A DNA stretch of 64,000 nucleotides from Bugula neritina (lineage: Eukaryota; Animalia; Bryozoa), in assembly GCA_964035545.1 (NCBI GenBank), contig OZ037768.1, forward strand, positions 18,211,700 to 18,275,699, in the 5' to 3' direction. The position numbers were made by a program, and so were the translations under genes. Positions 62,132 through 64,000 of this stretch are shown here, piece by piece (within the stretch, counting starts at the first letter, position 1; every line of letters begins with the position of its first letter). The notes under the pieces are model-generated. The model searched no databases and was not told the origin of the DNA. It worked only from the letters and a program-made list of their open reading frames with translations.

Positions 62132-62906
62132 ACACACACACACACACCAAACATACACGCACATACAACACACATGCACACAGCACACACACCACACACA
62201 TACAGGAAAGCGGGTTTTTTAAGCTAAAGGTCTTGTTTCTTCTATTGTGGCACAGGAGCAATTATGACCGAATGCTCTTTCTAACATCAATGGCATTTAC
62301 TGGAATTTGAACCCCTGACCTCATGTTTACTAAACCAGCGCTCTAACCCCTAGACCACGGCTACTCCTGGTATATAATTCTTTAATCTTTCATTTTGTGC
62401 CTTTAGTTTTGTCAATTTCAATAATAGTGTTTTAAATATATCTTAACTAGGAGTATTCTCCCAGTTTGAAAATAAAATGTGGATGCAGTTTTTAACCCCC
62501 CCCCCTCCCCTTTAAGCTTATGCTATTTAGGTCTCAGGATATAAACAAAAGTGTGTCTATATTATAACATGCTGTAAGCACCAGGAAAATATTTACATAG
62601 AGAAGTAGCCCTTGAAGTGATAGCTGCTACCTTACCACTTAATGGGCCATAGCAGCTCACTATTGGACCTTTTAGTACACAAGATAGGCTACTTAAACCA
62701 ACAGCTAGATGTTTGTTTATTGTGATAGGTTCTGTTAACATTTGCCCAGAATTGTAATTGCTGCTTTTAATGAGTATTTTGATTAATTTGACATTTCTGT
62801 TTCATCTAAATAGAAATAGTGATATTTTCAAGCTTTGTTTTCAGGTAACAGAAAAGGCTAAGAAGAATATAGTCGGTAAACTGCAGAAGTTTATGGACTG
62901 TAGAAA
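50374..62906 (+). CDS. DNAAF9: DNAAF9 / C20orf194-like protein, 5' part (continues beyond the window)
   Basis: 14 phase-consistent exons: 50374-50411, 50862-50932, 51465-51555, 51901-51929, 52973-53097, 53413-53597, 54144-54249, 54796-54854, 54947-55060, 55886-56009, 56217-56301, 61713-61746, 61860-61944, 62845-62906. The translation VSFQRLKNVQ..IDCLLCIQGIDSWYNEGMQEFANYLLLG..LDDLVLCIKTDSVDICCNPMNY..EEFKVKSFVSM..VEKWPLIQAYALEG..FESQW..ALHMICHGVAPKSGFMCTRTYFF matches my recollection of human C20orf194 (LCILGIDSRYNEG, VEKWPIVQAFALEG, CSRTYFF). Confidence 0.9.
56686..56767. repeat. (TA)~40 microsatellite in the GPCR 3' UTR
   Basis: Pure TA run about 20 nt past the GPCR stop codon. Confidence 0.95.
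56788..57882 (-). CDS. Divergent class A (rhodopsin-like) GPCR, FMRFamide/myosuppressin/sex-peptide-receptor-like; nested in a DNAAF9 intron
   Basis: Single coding exon (acceptor 57892/57891, first ATG 57882), ~364 aa with 7 hydrophobic segments. WLLITVVIERA (TM3), STLPQYWEY (TM4), ISLPYILL (TM5), LLMSAP (TM6), FFLYLCFGIKFR (TM7/H8), and a CCC palmitoylation-like tail. Confidence 0.85.
   Translation of the reverse strand: MIYMRQGLLVREVLPHIIECTRKVYDNKAEISHGTALYVVNEAMYYVLPVILTVGIIFSIINTVVSAKMTADSHECYLTTFNLCSCLHLIAACAAQLPNYVTQTGSAYITLLPYLPAVENWLWYSCTWLLITVVIERAAHGLCGQWHASFGKIHGVLVSILMVIICFVSTLPQYWEYGLEEYTDSNNCSRRVLAPRDAVIEDNSNSYIIEYEWFHWYEMVISISLPYILLPMLILPLVCIKMHIYTSMPSAYGKGGSIKYSVGSSIKDQLKQEKSFNQLIFTMSVLYLLMSAPRNVMRLIHNPPVSLQISDDELLISTLFVLFEILFYIYFSILFFLYLCFGIKFRTTLYQLCCCKKSDALDYY
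61367..61545 (-). promoter_or_regulatory. Candidate promoter and non-coding first exon of the nested GPCR
   Basis: On -: CCAAT boxes at 61544-61540 and 61520-61516, Inr TCAGTC at 61479-61474, then a ~110-nt exon ending CAG|GTATGT at 61367. Confidence 0.55.
62020..62367 (-). mobile_element. tRNA-derived SINE with (TG)n tail
   Basis: - strand: GGAGTAGCCG-TGGTCTAGGGG (A box)-TTAGAGCGCTGG...GGTTCAAATTCC (B box), body GATGTTAGAAAGAGCATTCGGTCATAATTGCTCCTGTGCC, then imperfect (TG)n at 62200-62020. Confidence 0.8.
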
Positions 62907-63033
62907 GTAAGTCTAACTGTTAGTTACTCCCCACTAGTTTGGGTTAAACTGTGAGTCCAACTGTTAGTTACTCCCCACTAGTTTGAGTTAAACTGTAACT
63001 GTTAGTTATTCCTCACTAGTTTGGGTTAAACTG
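62907..63033. repeat. Three tandem ~38-45-bp units beginning at the donor of DNAAF9 exon 62845-62906
   Basis: (GTRAGTC)YAACTGTTAGTTAYTCCYCACTAGTTTGRGTTAAACTG x3. Confidence 0.85.
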
Positions 63034-63101
63034 ACAGTATTTTTTGTAAGATAACTTTAGGTTTAGAAATTTCACGGCAACCTCTTCGGTTTCTGAATTT
63101 A

Positions 63102-63408
63102 GGTAAAAAGAGCACAGGTAAATGGAAAAATAGGTAAAATCTCCACGCGGATGTTAAATTTCCCAAACCCAAGCTCTCAAACTCAAACCCCCTACCCCAA
63201 ACCCTAACCCTTACACTCAAATCCAAACCTGCCATCAAAAATTCCTAACCCCAAACTCGAACTTCCACCTCCAAACCTAAACCCCCATTCCAAACCCCCA
63301 TTCCAAACCCCCAAACTCGAGCCCCAATATTGAAAATGTGTCATTTTTGCCTACTTTTCCATTTGTGCCATGATTACCTGTTCCGTTTTTACTTGTGCCA
63401 TTTTTACC
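63102..63408. mobile_element. Non-autonomous foldback/MITE-like element with a telomere-like (CCCAAA/CCCTAA) core
   Basis: Left GGTAAAAAGAGCACAGGTAAATGGAAAAATAGGTAAAAT is roughly inverted relative to right TTTTGCCTACTTTTCCATTTGTGCC...GTGCCATTTTTACC. The centre is AAACCC/TAACCC-rich. Confidence 0.6.
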
Positions 63409-63560
63409 GAACATCGTGTTTTCCTGCAGCACTGCGATCCTAGTATTAAACTTGCATTCATTTAAAGTCAAAATTCTTGCCAACCTAGTTTTAGGGTTTC
63501 TCTTCTCAACTCCTACTGACAACGTAGTCGTGAGGGTTTTCTCTTACTGGGTAACTAGTC

Positions 63561-63947
63561 AATATTCCGAAGGTCCATTGTTCCGAAGGTCCATGGTTCC
63601 GAAGGTGCATTAGTCTAAAGGTGCATTAGTCCGAAAATTAGTATAGATAGTATTATATCACTGGGAATATTATAAATTTATTTTAGCTGTCACTGCCTTG
63701 CTGAGGCTGCATTACTAGTATATAAGAATTCAGTCTTGCCAAATAAAACCTCACCTAAACTAAAATTTAAAAACCATATTATAGATCTTGCTGTTGCTCA
63801 GAGCAACTTTTTTGAAATTTTCAATAACTAATTCTACTTCTAATGATAATTCTAATAATAATTCTACTAATTTTTGGACTAATGCACCTTCGGAGCAATG
63901 GACCTTCGGAGCAATGGACCTTCGGAGCAATGGATCTTCGGAATATT
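63561..63947. mobile_element. Foldback-type MITE with TIRs built of 15-16-bp tandem units
   Basis: Left AATATTCCGAAGGTCCATTG-TTCCGAAGGTCCATGG-TTCCGAAGGTGCATTAGTC..., right ...GACTAATGCACCTTCGGAGCAATGGACCTTCGGAGCAATGG...CTTCGGAATATT (reverse complement). The spacer is AT-rich. Confidence 0.8.
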
Positions 63948-64000
63948 ACTCCGTCCCCCTGACATCACCTATGAGGGCTCGACATTACTCCCACTATGTC

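Noticed and set aside
61875-62261. Cys/Val-rich and His/Thr-rich ORFs
   Set aside because: Translations of the (CA)n SINE tail, partly antisense to a DNAAF9 exon.
62295-62367. Functional tRNA gene
   Set aside because: A and B boxes are present but there is no convincing acceptor stem. It continues into a body shared with a second copy and a (TG)n tail, so it is a SINE head.
63180-63320. Interstitial telomere
   Set aside because: Very degenerate and enclosed by inverted repeats; better explained as a MITE core.

Overview
AT-rich, intron-rich genomic DNA from an invertebrate animal (species not determinable from the window). It is not prokaryotic, so most entries in the ORF track are exon fragments or noise. 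I rebuilt five spliced genes by hand with phase-consistent junctions and identified one single-coding-exon gene. (1) The 3' part of a spectraplakin (MACF1/dystonin/Shot family; spectrin repeats, EF-hands, GAR domain) on +, <1-33514, 36 exons. (2) Inside one of its introns, an apparently intact autonomous PIF/Harbinger transposon (2452-7898) with TIRs, a 6-exon DDE transposase (+) and a 5-exon Myb/SANT (MADF) partner gene (-). (3) FAM53-like on -. (4) DNAAF9/C20orf194-like on +, head-to-head with FAM53 and running off the right end. (5) A divergent rhodopsin-class GPCR nested antisense in a DNAAF9 intron, with its own candidate promoter. Also present: tRNA-derived SINE copies, two foldback/MITE-like elements and many simple repeats. 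The most unusual signals are tandem repeats nucleated exactly at splice sites (four cases); a GC-AG transposase intron holding a self-complementary (CTA)n/(TAG)n tract and a ratchet-like AG|GTGAGT site; candidate alternative spectraplakin isoforms with a tail lacking SxIP; and a perfect DR5 nuclear-receptor element in the FAM53/DNAAF9 promoter. Family assignments rest on motifs I recognise, not on database searches. I found no evidence of a wholly new system; the findings are testable hypotheses.
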